DNA from: an uncultured Gemmataceae bacterium
GTDB lineage: Bacteria > Planctomycetota > Planctomycetia > Gemmatales > Gemmataceae
Assembly (NCBI GenBank): GCA_963750165.1
Contig: CAVVPN010000004.1
Span: 1-64,000 of the forward strand
Reading direction: 5' to 3'
Length of the DNA: 64,000 nt
Below the pieces are notes generated by a model. That model was not told the DNA's origin. It saw only the letters and a program-made list of their open reading frames with translations, and did no database searches. Made by a program: the position numbers and the translations under genes. This document shows, piece after piece, positions 1 to 10,220 of the stretch (positions are counted from its first letter, which is position 1; every line of letters starts with the position of its first letter).

Positions 1-37
1 TATGAAGCCGCTGCTCTAACCGCTGAGCTACCCCGCC
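1..37 (-). tRNA. tRNA with CAT anticodon (elongator Met or Ile2), 5' half only; truncated by the window edge
   Basis: Reverse complement reads GGCGGGG-TA-GCTC-AGCGGTTA-GAGC-A-GCGGC-TT-CAT-A: acceptor strand, D arm, anticodon stem and loop. It starts with G1 and lacks the GGG run of an initiator anticodon stem. Confidence 0.88.
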
Positions 38-442
38 AAAGTATTACTACACTTCGACTTGCGACCTGTTTTGCACCCGGGTGTATTTCTCTGACTCCGC
101 TTCTGACACCTCGACACCACTTCGCCGGACGGTAGCATTGGAAAAAGTGGCCGATTCGTCGCAACCGAATCGGCCATGAACACAATGACCGCCGTTTCGA
201 GGAGTCAGTCACCCTATCCAACGACAATTCTACAGCGCCGGCCAAGCCGAGCAAGCCCTACCCCGACTTCCCAAGGACCAGCCCGCAGCAAGTCAAATCA
301 AAGCGGTCAGTTCATTTACAGATGCCGAGCCGACGCTCAGTGCAGCGGAGGATCTGGACGTTTGTGCCTGTGTTCGTTCGCCTCCGCAGTAGGATAGCAA
401 GCGCAATCTCCGGCAGCTGGCAAAGAAGTATCGCCACATCAA

Positions 443-516
443 GCATGGCGAACTCCACCGCGAGGGATCGGCGGGGCAGCGTCCAACCCGTTGAGGTGCC
501 GGACGCCGCCCCACCA
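443..516. repeat. Direct repeat copy 1 (~74 bp) of the WD40 upstream spacer, including RBS and ATG
   Basis: gcatggcgaactccaccgcgagggatcggcggggcagcgtccaacccgttgaggtgccg aligns without gaps to 2603-2676 (offset 2160). Confidence 0.85.
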
Positions 517-536
517 GGGAAACACTCCGCCGCCGC

Positions 537-2606
537 TTATTTCCCCGTCCCGCCCGTCAGCGCGAAACGCAACACGGCCCAGTTGGCGGTGCCGACCAGG
601 AAGGAGCAGCCGTCCGGCGCGAACGTGACGCAGCGACCGCAGTCGCCACACTGGCCCAGGTCGATGCGATCAACCTCCCGGCCGCTCGCCAGGTCCCACA
701 CCCGCACGGTCAGATCGTCGCTGACCGACACGGCCAGTTTGCCGTTCGGGGAGAAGCACACCGCGGTCACCCAGTTCTTGTGGCCGCGGAGCGTCTTGCG
801 TTCCCAGCCCGTGAGCACGTCCCAGAGCTTGACGGTATGGTCCTGGCTGCCGGACAGCAACTCGCTGCCGTCCGCCGACAGTGCCACGCACGTCACCTCG
901 TCCTGATGGCCCTTCAGCACCTGCGGTTTGCGGACACCGGGGTTTTCGGGCTGGTCCCAGATGCGCAGCGTGTGGTCCGCGCTGCTGGAAATGGCGAGCC
1001 AGGCGTCCGCGGCCAGCGCCACGCCCGAGACGCCGTGAGCGTGGCCCTCCAGCAACCGCAGTTCCTTGCCGGCCGCCACGTCCCACAACCGCACCGTGCG
1101 GTCAGTGCCGCCCGACAGCGCCCGCTTGCCGTCGCGGCTGAACGCCACGCCGGTCACGCGGTCGGTGTGGCCGCTGAAGGTGCGGAGCGGTTGGCCCGTG
1201 GCGGCGTCCCACAGCTTGACGCTGCGGTCGTTGCTGCCGCTGAGCAGGTGCTTGCCGTCGGCGGACAGCGCCAGGCAGGTGACGGCCTGCGCGTGGGCGA
1301 GAAAAGCCTGCCCCGGCCTGCCGGTGATGGCGTCCCAGCGCTGGATGGTGCGGTCGGTGCCGGCAGAGTACAGCGTCTTGCCGTCGGGTGACAGCACCAC
1401 GGCGCTCACCGGCGTGCGATGTTCGCCACCGTCGCAGTGCAACACCTTGCCGGTCGCCGCGTCCAGCAGCATCACAAATGAGCCGCTGACGATCCGCACC
1501 TGTCGGTCGTCCGCCGTGAAGTCCAGGTGCCCCGCCAGGCGCGGCAGGGGCACCGACCAGCGTTTTTTGGCGCCCGCCAGTTCCCACACGGCGACGCTGT
1601 AGTAATAAATGTCCCTGTCAGGCCAGCCGGAGGCGTCCAAGCCGCTGTGACCGTTGATCTGGGCGAGTTTCTTGCCGTCCCGAGAAACCGCTAGTTGGAT
1701 TGACCCGCCAGTTGGAAGGGGCGGCAGGGTGTTCGGCGGGTTTGAGGCGGACGAATCCGGCAGGGTGCCGAGCACCTTGCCGGTCGCGGTGTCCCAGATT
1801 TTCACCTCATCCAACAGAGCTGCGGCCAGTTGTTTGCCGTCCGGCGAGAGCGCGAGGGTGTAGCTCACGGGCGTCTTCTCCCCGACGGCGCGTACAAGTT
1901 TGCCCGGGGCGAGATCCCAAATTTTGATGCTGAGTTTCCCATCATCGTTCTCGGGAAACGCAGCGAATCGGCCGTCAGCCGATACACTCGGGTAGTCGCC
2001 ATCTGTGTAGATTTTCCGGAGTTGCTTGCCCGTTTCCAGGTCCCACAACGCAACGGGGCTATTACTGATGCTGGTCAGTCCGCGCCGGCCGTCTGGGAGC
2101 ATGACCACCCAGGACACCTCGCTTCCTGCGCACGTCCAGCGCCGGAGCTCCTTGCCGCTTTCCAGGTCCCAGACGGCCAGGGTGAGCACCTCCTCATCCG
2201 TCTCGCCGGGCGACCACGCCCCGAACGCCCGTTTGCCGTCCGGGGCCACGGACAGACACTGGATGCGGCCCTTTTTGACATGAATGACGCAGTGCCGCTT
2301 ATCGCTCTCGACCTCGCGGACGGTGATGACGGAATCTTCGCACCGATCCTCGCCGCGGCTGATGACGCGGCTGGTCACGACCCGTTTCCCATCTGCGGTG
2401 TAATGCCAGGTACGACCGCGAGCGATTTCCGGTTCCGGCGTGCCGTACACCGTGACGAGTTTGGTGTGTTTGGTCTTGAAAACGTCCGCGTAGCAGGCGG
2501 GCAGTTCCGTTGCCGGGGTCTGCTTTTCGCCAGCCGCCACGGGAACGCCCGCCAGGGCCGTGAACGCCAATCCAAGCAATCCGACCGCACTCCAGCTGCG
2601 TCGCAT
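537..2606 (-). CDS. Secreted WD40-repeat beta-propeller protein
   Basis: Signal-peptide-like MRRSWSAVGLLGLAFTALAG after a GGAG RBS; many GH...V..VAFSPDG...SGS.D.TV.LWD repeats. Confidence 0.92.
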   Translation of the reverse strand: MRRSWSAVGLLGLAFTALAGVPVAAGEKQTPATELPACYADVFKTKHTKLVTVYGTPEPEIARGRTWHYTADGKRVVTSRVISRGEDRCEDSVITVREVESDKRHCVIHVKKGRIQCLSVAPDGKRAFGAWSPGETDEEVLTLAVWDLESGKELRRWTCAGSEVSWVVMLPDGRRGLTSISNSPVALWDLETGKQLRKIYTDGDYPSVSADGRFAAFPENDDGKLSIKIWDLAPGKLVRAVGEKTPVSYTLALSPDGKQLAAALLDEVKIWDTATGKVLGTLPDSSASNPPNTLPPLPTGGSIQLAVSRDGKKLAQINGHSGLDASGWPDRDIYYYSVAVWELAGAKKRWSVPLPRLAGHLDFTADDRQVRIVSGSFVMLLDAATGKVLHCDGGEHRTPVSAVVLSPDGKTLYSAGTDRTIQRWDAITGRPGQAFLAHAQAVTCLALSADGKHLLSGSNDRSVKLWDAATGQPLRTFSGHTDRVTGVAFSRDGKRALSGGTDRTVRLWDVAAGKELRLLEGHAHGVSGVALAADAWLAISSSADHTLRIWDQPENPGVRKPQVLKGHQDEVTCVALSADGSELLSGSQDHTVKLWDVLTGWERKTLRGHKNWVTAVCFSPNGKLAVSVSDDLTVRVWDLASGREVDRIDLGQCGDCGRCVTFAPDGCSFLVGTANWAVLRFALTGGTGK

Positions 2607-2676
2607 GGCGAACTCCATCGAGAGGGATCGGCGGGGCAGCGCCCGGCCCGTTGAGGTGCCGATCACCGCCCCGCCA
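2603..2676. repeat. Direct repeat copy 2 (native upstream spacer of the WD40 gene)
   Basis: Ungapped match to 443-516; on the minus strand it ends GGAGTTCGCCATGC. Confidence 0.85.
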
Positions 2677-2689
2677 CTGACCAAAGCCA

Positions 2690-4078
2690 TCACGGGGGCG
2701 ACGTGGGCAGGATTTCCTCATACTCGGAGTTATCCTCGTGTTCGCCGACACGGGCCGGCACGATTACCAGGTCGTCGTTCATTTCGGCGCGCGTGAACAG
2801 TTTGCGGAACTTGGTGATGAACAGCCCCGCCTGCACATGCCCGGTCAGTTCCTGTAACCGGCGCACGTCCTCGGCCGGCGCCTCGCGCACCAGATAACCA
2901 TTGGGCCGATGTTGCTGGGCGGCCTGCAGGCGGGCCTGGATGACCTTGATAATCGCCGGACCGCGTTTCGCGTCTTTCAGGTCGGCCGCGGTGAAGCCCG
3001 CATCGACGTTGGGCACCTTCTCTGAATACGGCGCCGCGCCGCTCAGCACCTTGATGTTCTCCGCGGTCAGTCGCCGTGCCCATTCCATCGTCGTGGCGAC
3101 GCGACCCTGCTTGTTCGGCCGGGGCCGCTGGCCGGCGACGAAATCGAAGCCGAGGTCGTGGCCGCGCTTGAGCAGTTGCGGGGTTTGCTGCTCGATGGCC
3201 TTGAGCCAGTCGGCGCCCTTGCCGGGCAGTCCGCCGGGGGTGCAGCCGGAGGCGGCCTGGAGCATGGGCACCCACTGGTACTGGTAACTCATGTCGTTCT
3301 GGAGATCGACCTTGAACGGCGCCTGCACGTAGAACAACGCCTCGGTCTTATCTTTCACCGAAATCTGCGTGATCTTCAGCGGGTAAACGAGTTTGTCGCT
3401 GGTGAACTGGAAGCGCGTGGGGGTGACTTCTCCCGCATAGGAGCCGTCCTTGTTCTTCTTCATCTGCATGGTGTCGATCTTCATCACCGTGAACACCCAC
3501 TTCTTCTGCACATAGAAGTTCAAGGTCGCCTCATCGCCGGCGTAACTGTACTTGTTCGCTTTCAGCCAGGCAAAGAGTGCATCGGCGCGATTGGCCTCGA
3601 TGATCTTGTAGTCCAGCGAACCCACCACTCCTTGTTCCAGCACCACTACCGCCGGTTTTGGTTTTGCATGCTGCAAGCCAAGCATGCCGCCACCCATGCC
3701 GCCCATCATGCCGAAGCCGCCCATGCCCATGCCGCCCATGCCCCCCATGACGGGCAGCAGCTTGGAGTGGGGAAATTCATGACTTTTCAGGATGGAGTAC
3801 ACCGCGAGGTGCTTGAAGAAGTCGCGCGGCATCTCATGCAGTTTCGGCTGCGTCGGCGTCGGAATCACCATGCCGAAGTCGAGCGCGTTGCCCTCGAACT
3901 TGGGCTGCACCGTGAACGACTCCAGCTTCTTCGCTGGATCCCAGGTAATGAACACTTTTTGGGCCGGCTGCAGAATATCGGCATTCTGCGCCGAGAAGTA
4001 GCAGCAGGCGGCGTCGGCGCCGGTCGCGCCGAACAGCGCCAGCGCCAGCGCGGCCAGGTAAACGGAGCGGGTCCGCAT
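2690..4078 (-). CDS. DUF2330-family exported protein
   Basis: Signal peptide then ACCYF...QKVFITWD...FTVQPKFEGNALDFGMVIPTP; contains a Met/Gly-rich insert. Confidence 0.75.
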   Translation of the reverse strand: MRTRSVYLAALALALFGATGADAACCYFSAQNADILQPAQKVFITWDPAKKLESFTVQPKFEGNALDFGMVIPTPTQPKLHEMPRDFFKHLAVYSILKSHEFPHSKLLPVMGGMGGMGMGGFGMMGGMGGGMLGLQHAKPKPAVVVLEQGVVGSLDYKIIEANRADALFAWLKANKYSYAGDEATLNFYVQKKWVFTVMKIDTMQMKKNKDGSYAGEVTPTRFQFTSDKLVYPLKITQISVKDKTEALFYVQAPFKVDLQNDMSYQYQWVPMLQAASGCTPGGLPGKGADWLKAIEQQTPQLLKRGHDLGFDFVAGQRPRPNKQGRVATTMEWARRLTAENIKVLSGAAPYSEKVPNVDAGFTAADLKDAKRGPAIIKVIQARLQAAQQHRPNGYLVREAPAEDVRRLQELTGHVQAGLFITKFRKLFTRAEMNDDLVIVPARVGEHEDNSEYEEILPTSPP

Positions 4079-4329
4079 GGTCGAATCCTCTCAAGGATTG
4101 ATGGGGTTCGTTCCCTTTCTGTATAGTCAATGGCGGACGGAAAGTATTGCTGCGCGAATCCAGTAGGACGAACGCGACAAACCGCGCAACTTCCGCGCCG
4201 CGTTGCCTTTTTTCCCGGCACCGCCGGCCGCCGGCAATTCGCCTTGACCCCTTCGCCTCTTCCGGTCAATAATCCCGACGCTTTTCCCAGCGGGGGTAAG
4301 GACACCTGCAAGACCCGATGGAACGGACC

Positions 4330-5190
4330 ATGTCAGCGATTTTGAACAAGACCAACGGTATCGCCAACGGCTCCATCCTGGAGGATCTGCCGCCGCAGGA
4401 AATCGCCACCCATCCACCGGCCGACAAGGTACGGGCACTGCAGCGGCTGCTGGGCGAACCCGCCTGCCGCCAGCTGGGCATCTACCCGATTCCCAGGGAA
4501 TTCAAGCTGTCGGTCGTCATTCCCGTCTACAACGAGAAGCAGTGGATCTGCGAGCTGATCCGCCGCGTCCGGGCGGTGCCGATCAACAAGGAAATCATCG
4601 TCGTGGACGATTGCAGCACCGACGGCACCCGCGATCTGCTCGCGACGCTGGAGGGCGACGACCTGCACATCCACTACCAGCCGCACAACCAGGGCAAGGG
4701 GGCAGCCCTGCGCGAGGGCTTCCGCCGCGCCACCGGTCAGGTGATCCTGGTGCAGGACGCCGACCTGGAGTACGACCCGTCGGAGTATCCACGGCTCATC
4801 CAGCCGATCATCGAGAACCAGGCCGACGTGGTGTATGGTTCGCGCTTCATCGGCGAGAGCCATCGCGTGCTGTATTTCTGGCACTCCGTGGCCAACAAAC
4901 TGTTGACCACCATGTCCAACATGTTCACCAACCTGAACCTGACCGATATGGAGACGTGCTACAAGGTCTTCCGTCGTGAAGTGCTCGAAGGTATCACGCT
5001 CCGGTCGAACCGCTTCGGCTTCGAGCCGGAGGTCACCGCCAAGATCGCCAAGCGCAAGAATCCCTCGTGGCGCATCTTCGAGATCCCCATCAGCTACTCC
5101 GGCCGCACCTACGAGGAGGGCAAGAAGATCGGCCTGAAGGACGCCGTGCAGGCGTTCTTCTGCATCGTGCGCTACTGGCTGTTTAATTGA
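4330..5190 (+). CDS. Glycosyltransferase family 2 (DPM synthase-like)
   Basis: [58 protein letters not shown] motifs. Confidence 0.95.
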   Translation: MSAILNKTNGIANGSILEDLPPQEIATHPPADKVRALQRLLGEPACRQLGIYPIPREFKLSVVIPVYNEKQWICELIRRVRAVPINKEIIVVDDCSTDGTRDLLATLEGDDLHIHYQPHNQGKGAALREGFRRATGQVILVQDADLEYDPSEYPRLIQPIIENQADVVYGSRFIGESHRVLYFWHSVANKLLTTMSNMFTNLNLTDMETCYKVFRREVLEGITLRSNRFGFEPEVTAKIAKRKNPSWRIFEIPISYSGRTYEEGKKIGLKDAVQAFFCIVRYWLFN

Positions 5191-5194
5191 CTTG

Positions 5195-5234
5195 CTTGCT
5201 CCCCTCGCCCCCTTCAGGGGGCGAGGGGAGCAAG
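5195..5234. repeat. Palindromic intergenic repeat CCCCTCGCCCCC...GGGGGCGAGGGGAGCAAG; related copy at ~39279-39317
   Basis: 19-bp perfect stem. The second copy has the same AGGGGAGCAAGACC tail. Confidence 0.7.
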
Positions 5235-5313
5235 ACCGCGCGACGCCGTTTAGAGGCCGGCGCCGCGCGGCCGCCCGTGGCAGGGATCGCCCACCGGAAC
5301 GAGAGGAGATGGC

Positions 5314-8300
5314 ATGCGACCCTATCTCGTGGCGCTGGCCGTGAGCGCCGCGCTGGCGTGCGCCGCGCGCGCCGGCGAACCGATCTACATCGACGACGCC
5401 GCCCTGCACGCGGTCCAGTTTGTGGACCCGCGCGTCGGCTGGGCCGTGGGCGACGACGGTGTCGTCTGGCACACCATCGACGGCGGCGGCACCTGGGAGC
5501 CGCAGCCGACCTACACACGCGCGTCCTTCCGCTCGCTGCATTTTCTCGATACCCTGGTGGGCTGGGTCGCTGGCCGCGAGGAGCTGCCCGGTGGCGGCAG
5601 CGCCGGCGTGCTACTGTACACGCGCGATGGCGGCGAGAGCTGGCACCGTGTGCTGGCCAACGCGGTGCCCGGCATCAATCATGTGCGCTTCGGCGATCCG
5701 AAAACGGGCTATCTGCTGTGCGATGCCACGGACCAGTACGCCGCGGGTGTCTTCCGCACGCAGGACGGCGGCCGTACCTGGAAGCCGTTGCCGGGGCCGC
5801 GCGGCCCGGGCTGGCTGGGCGGCGATTTCGCGGACGGCGGTCATGGCGTACTGACGGGGCCGTGGGCCCGGATGGCGCTGCTGAGACCCGACGGCTTCGG
5901 CGGCGCCGACCTGGACAGGAACATCCTCGGTGGCCGCAACCTGCGCGGCGTGCTGCTGCGCGACCAGAAAGGGGTCGCCGTGGGCCAGGCTGGCCTGGTG
6001 CTGACCAGCGGTAGCGGTGGGGCCCGCTGGGGTTTCCCCGACCTGAAATTGCCCGAGGAAGTGAAGAAGGTGCTGGACTTCCACTGCGTCGCCGGTGCCG
6101 GCGAGCACGTCTGGGTGGCGGGCCGGCCCGGCTCGGTCGTGCTGCACAGCGGCAACCGCGGCAGTGACTGGAAGGTGCAGAAGACCGGCCAGCCGCTGCC
6201 GCTGAACGGCATCCACTTCTTCGACGAGAAACGTGGCTGGGCGGTGGGCGAATACGGCACCATTCTGCACACCGCGGACGGCGGCCACACCTGGGCGGTG
6301 CAGCAGCGCGGCGGCCAGCGTGCGGCGCTGCTGACGGTCAACGCCCGGCCCGGCGACTGTCCCTTCGACACTCTGGCCGTGCTCGGCGCGGAGGAGGGCC
6401 ACCTGACGACGGCCCTGCGCGTGACCGCGGCGGACTCGCGCTCGGCGGCGTTCGCGCGGGCCAGCGATCCGCAGCGCTTCCACACGGCGGTGCGCCAGGC
6501 CGGCGGCGGCAGCGGCGAACTGCTCTGGGAATTCCCCGTACCGCAGCACCTGGCCAACGCGGACAAACAGGAGCTGCTAACATACTGGAACGAGCTGCAC
6601 GCCGGCGACGCGGGCAAGCAGCTGGTGCGGCAACTGGTGCTGGCGCTGCGGATGTGGCGGCCGGATGTGGTGCTGGTCGATCACCCCGACGGCAAGGCGA
6701 CCGGCAACGCCGCCGGCGCCCTGGTTGCCGAGGCGCTGCACGAGGCGTTCGCCCAGGCCGGTGACCCGCTGGCCTTTCCCGAACAACTCGAACACCTCGC
6801 CCTGCAGCCGTGGACGGTGTCCAAGGTGTACGCCCGCTGGGACCGGCGTCCGGAAGCGCACGTCACCGTGGACAACTCCCACGACCTGCCGCGCCTGGAG
6901 ACGAACGCCCGTGAGTTCGCGGCCGGGCCGGCGGGGCTGATCGCCGAGGCCGCCGTCAGCCTGCCGGCGGATCGGTACTACCGTCTGCTCGACAGCCGCA
7001 GCGATGGCGCCGCGGCGCTGAAGCACCTGCTGGCCGGTGTGCCGGCGTCGCCCAACGGCGCGTGCCGCCGCAGCCTGGGGCCGCTCGTCGAGCAGAAGCC
7101 GGAAGTCGTCAAGGCGATCAAGGCCTGTCGCAACCTGCGGACGCTGGCCGAGGCGCCGGCGGGCGATCTGGTGAGCCCGGAGAAGATGCTGGCGCTGTTC
7201 GGGCCGGCGCTGAAGCAGGTGCCGGCCGACCGCGGCGCCGCGGCGCTGCACGCGCTGGCCGGCCTGTACGCCCAGCGCGGTCAGTGGCTGCTGCGCGCGA
7301 GACGTATCTGCTGCTGGCCGACCGCTACCCGCAGAGCCCGCGTGCGGTGGACGCTTACCGCTGGCTGGTGCGGCACAACAGCAGTACCGAAGCCCGCCGC
7401 CGCCAGGAACTGAGCCAGTTCGTGGCCGTGTCGGCGACCGCCTTCCCCGAAACACTGCTGACGGCGCCCGAACCGGGGCAGCAGTTCACGCCCGCGGCGG
7501 CCCCGCAGGCGCGGCTCACGTTCCTGAGCAACCAGGAGGAGTCGCGGCAGTGGCACAAGGGGAGTTTGGAGATCGCCAAACGGCTGGAGAAACTTGGGCC
7601 GCTGTTCGTCACGGACCCGGCCCTGCAGTTCTGCGTGCAGGCGTCGCGGCGGCAGCTCGGCGACCTCAAGCAGCCGCTGGAATGGTACGGCACCTTCCGC
7701 CTGAGTCTGAAGGACGGCCCCTGGTACACCGCCGCGGCCCAGGAACTGTGGCTGTTCAACCGCCTCGGGCCGCCACCGCGGCCGACCGCCGTCTGCCGTC
7801 AGGCCGAGCAGCGCCCGTACCTCGATGGCAAGTTCGACGACCCGTGCTGGCAGAACGCCCAGTCGCAGATTTTGCAGGACGCCGTGCAGAAGACCGCGAA
7901 GGACTACCGCACGGAGGTGCGGCTGGCCTACGACCAGAAGTTCCTGTACCTGGCGGTGCGCTGCCAGCACCCGAAGGGTCAGCGGCTGCCGCCGGTGCAA
8001 GCGCGGCCGCGCGACGCCGACCTGCGGCCGTTCGACCGCGTCAGCTTGCTGCTCGACCTGGACCGCGATTATTCCACGTACTTCCGGTTGGAGATCGACC
8101 AGCGTGGCTGCGTCTGCGAGGACTGCTGGGGCGACCGCTCCTGGAACCCGCAGTGGTACGTGGCCATCCACAGTGAGGAGGAGTGGTGGCAGGTGGAGGC
8201 GGCCATCCCGCTGCATGAGTTGACGAAGGACGGCATCGCCATGTCCAGCGCCTGGGCCTGCAACGTGGTGCGGACGCTGCCCGGCCGCGGCGTGCAGGCG

Positions 8301-8396
8301 CTGTCCGTGCCGGCGGACGTGGAACCGCGGCCCGAGGGCATGGGCCTGTTGCTGTTCCAGCCGAGCCTGCCGAAGATGGCGCCGGTCGCGCATTGA
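5314..8396 (+). CDS. YCF48/BNR-repeat protein with LmbE-like middle region and C-terminal CBM9/DOMON-like domain; apparent frameshift at ~7292
   Basis: Signal peptide; GWAVGDDG.VWHTIDGGGTW repeats; RMWRPDVV...AFPEQL...PWTVSKVY; C-terminal PYLDGKFDDPCW...YDQKFLYLAV...DRVSLLLDLD. ORFs 5314-7413 and 7062-8396 join as QWLLARETYLL with +1 nt. Confidence 0.8.
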
Positions 8397-8465
8397 TATA
8401 CTTCGAGTGGTGCCGCGCCGCAGGGCCGTGACGGGCCGTGGCGCGGCGGCACTCGGGGGCGTTTC

Positions 8466-9001
8466 ATGATCCGAATTCTGCTGTATCTGGGCATCGGGCT
8501 GGTGGTCGGCACGGCGAGCGGGGCGCTGGGCATTGGCGGCGGCGTGCTGCTGGTGCCGGCGCTGATCTGGCTGTGCGGCATGGACCCGCAGCACGCCGCC
8601 GGCACCACGCTGGCGGTGCTGGTGGTGCCGGTGGTCCTGCCGGCGGTGCTGCAGTACGCGCGGGCGGACAAGCTGGACGTATGGGCGGCGTTGTGGGTGG
8701 CGGGGGCGTTCGCCGTGGGCAGTTTTCTGGGCGCTTACCTGCTGACGAACCATTACCTGCCCGACCGGCAACTGCGATTGCTGTTCGGTCTCGTGATGAT
8801 CTACATCGCCATCCGCTTCATCCTCGCCTCGAACTCCGAGGCCGCGACGGCGGCGGTGGGCCTGACCGCCGTGCTGTTCGCCTGGGTGGGTTTCCTGTGC
8901 CTGCGCGCCTGGGCCGCCGCTACCCCGCGCCGCCGCTGTTTCACGAGCGGATGTCGCAGGCGCGCGACCAGGGGCACGGCGAGACGGATTATTCCATTTG
9001 A
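8466..9001 (+). CDS. TSUP (TauE/SafE) family transporter; apparent frameshift at ~8910
   Basis: GLVVGTASGALGIGGGVLLVPAL...AAGTTLAV signature; multiple TM segments. Confidence 0.85.
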
Positions 9002-9070
9002 CTACGCCAGGGCATGTCGAAATGTTGGCAGTGGCTGACGCCCCCCGCTAGTCGAAAGCAACCCCCGCGG

Positions 9071-9871
9071 TCAGTTCATGCGCGTCAGCCTGGCGGGCGG
9101 CTCCACCTTGAGCGTACACTGATTCGGGCCCACTGGCAGCTTGCTTTTGATGTTAATGTTGCGCACCTCGAAGCGGTACGAGCCGTCGGTTACCGGCAGG
9201 AACTCGATATAGCAGTCCTTGAAGTCGCGCTCGTCCTTGGCGACCAGCTGCGTCTCCGGGCCCCAGACGATCAGGTCGATGTCCGTGTTGCGCTGGCTGT
9301 AGACATACACCTTGGTCCGCTGGCCGGCCTTGAGCTTGACCTCGTAGGTGATGGACTGGCCGCAGCCGATCGGGAATTCGCGCACGTTGCCCGGGTCGTT
9401 GATGGCGTTGACGATCACGACGGCTGCGATGCCGACCACCACTGCCACCACCGCGGCCAGGCCGATGGCCATGACCCAGCGCAGTTCCTTGAACTGCGTC
9501 TCCGGCCGCGACCGCGGCGGCACGGCCCAGCCGCGCGGGTCATCGTCGTATTTCCGGTACGACTCGTCGCGGCGGTCGGGGTACTCCGGGCGCTGCTGCC
9601 GTGCGTCCTCCTGCCAGCGCTCCAGCGGCGTTTGGCCGGACGATGGCGCCGGCGCCACGACGGGCACGGGCTCCGCCAGCACGGCGGTGACCACGCCACC
9701 GTCGGGCAGCAGGCCCTCCACCGATCGCGCCGGCACCCATTGCGGCAAGCGCTCGTTCCAGACCAGATCTTGCGGCTGCAGGCGGCCGGTCGCCGCCTGT
9801 TGGTGAAGCTCCTCTTCCGAGACCGGCCCGTAGCGGCGCCCGGACGAGGTGTAGTACCACTGCTCGGACAT
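9071..9871 (-). CDS. GYF_2/DUF4339 domain membrane protein with PPC-like C-terminal domain
   Basis: WYYTSSGRRYGPVSEEEL...LQPQDLVWNERLPQWVPA; one TM; DIDLIVWGP...GSYRFEVRN. Confidence 0.8.
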   Translation of the reverse strand: MSEQWYYTSSGRRYGPVSEEELHQQAATGRLQPQDLVWNERLPQWVPARSVEGLLPDGGVVTAVLAEPVPVVAPAPSSGQTPLERWQEDARQQRPEYPDRRDESYRKYDDDPRGWAVPPRSRPETQFKELRWVMAIGLAAVVAVVVGIAAVVIVNAINDPGNVREFPIGCGQSITYEVKLKAGQRTKVYVYSQRNTDIDLIVWGPETQLVAKDERDFKDCYIEFLPVTDGSYRFEVRNINIKSKLPVGPNQCTLKVEPPARLTRMN

Positions 9872-10022
9872 TGGGCTGCTCCTCCCGGATCAGGATGGCC
9901 GCCGGCAGCGAGGGCGCGGCGGCGTCCCGGTCGCGTGCAGCGGCGCTGAAGTTTAGTGCGCGTTTCGGCGGCGCGGACGAAAAAATTCCCATCGCACAGT
10001 GCGCAATCCGGGTTAGCGCAAA

Positions 10023-10068
10023 CAACCCTCCCGGCGCTGGGAGATCATTCCCAGCGCCGGGAGGGTTG
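10023..10068 (-). terminator. Strong hairpin, probable terminator of the 10221-11411 gene
   Basis: Perfect 20-bp stem caaccctcccggcgctggga / tcccagcgccgggagggttg, followed by a short U run on the minus strand. Confidence 0.55.
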
Positions 10069-10085
10069 CTGTTGGCACGTCCCAT

Positions 10086-10210
10086 TAGAGCCGTTCACAC
10101 TTGGTTTGCGCACAGCCTGTGGGACGGCTCTCCAGAGCCGTCCTTGTCTCGGAGACGGCTCTGGAGAGCCGTCCTACGGGGCGTGATCCACGCGGCTGTG
10201 AACCGCTCTA
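10086..10210. mobile_element. MITE-like element (TA-GAGCSGTTCACA TIRs) enclosing a REP doublet at 10119-10177
   Basis: TA|GAGCCGTTCACA ... TGTGAACCGCTC|TA. Inside: GTGG-GACGGCTCT-CC-AGAGCCGTC and its inverted copy ending CTAC; 33-nt arms on each side. Confidence 0.75.
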
Positions 10211-10220
10211 GTGACAATGG

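Noticed and set aside
1..440. tRNA-anchored genomic island or att site
   Set aside because: Only the tRNA 5' side is in the window; no integrase or duplicated tRNA 3' end is visible.
3680..3750. Met/Gly (ATGGGC) microrepeat in the DUF2330 gene
   Set aside because: Imperfect low-complexity linker with no sign of phase variation.
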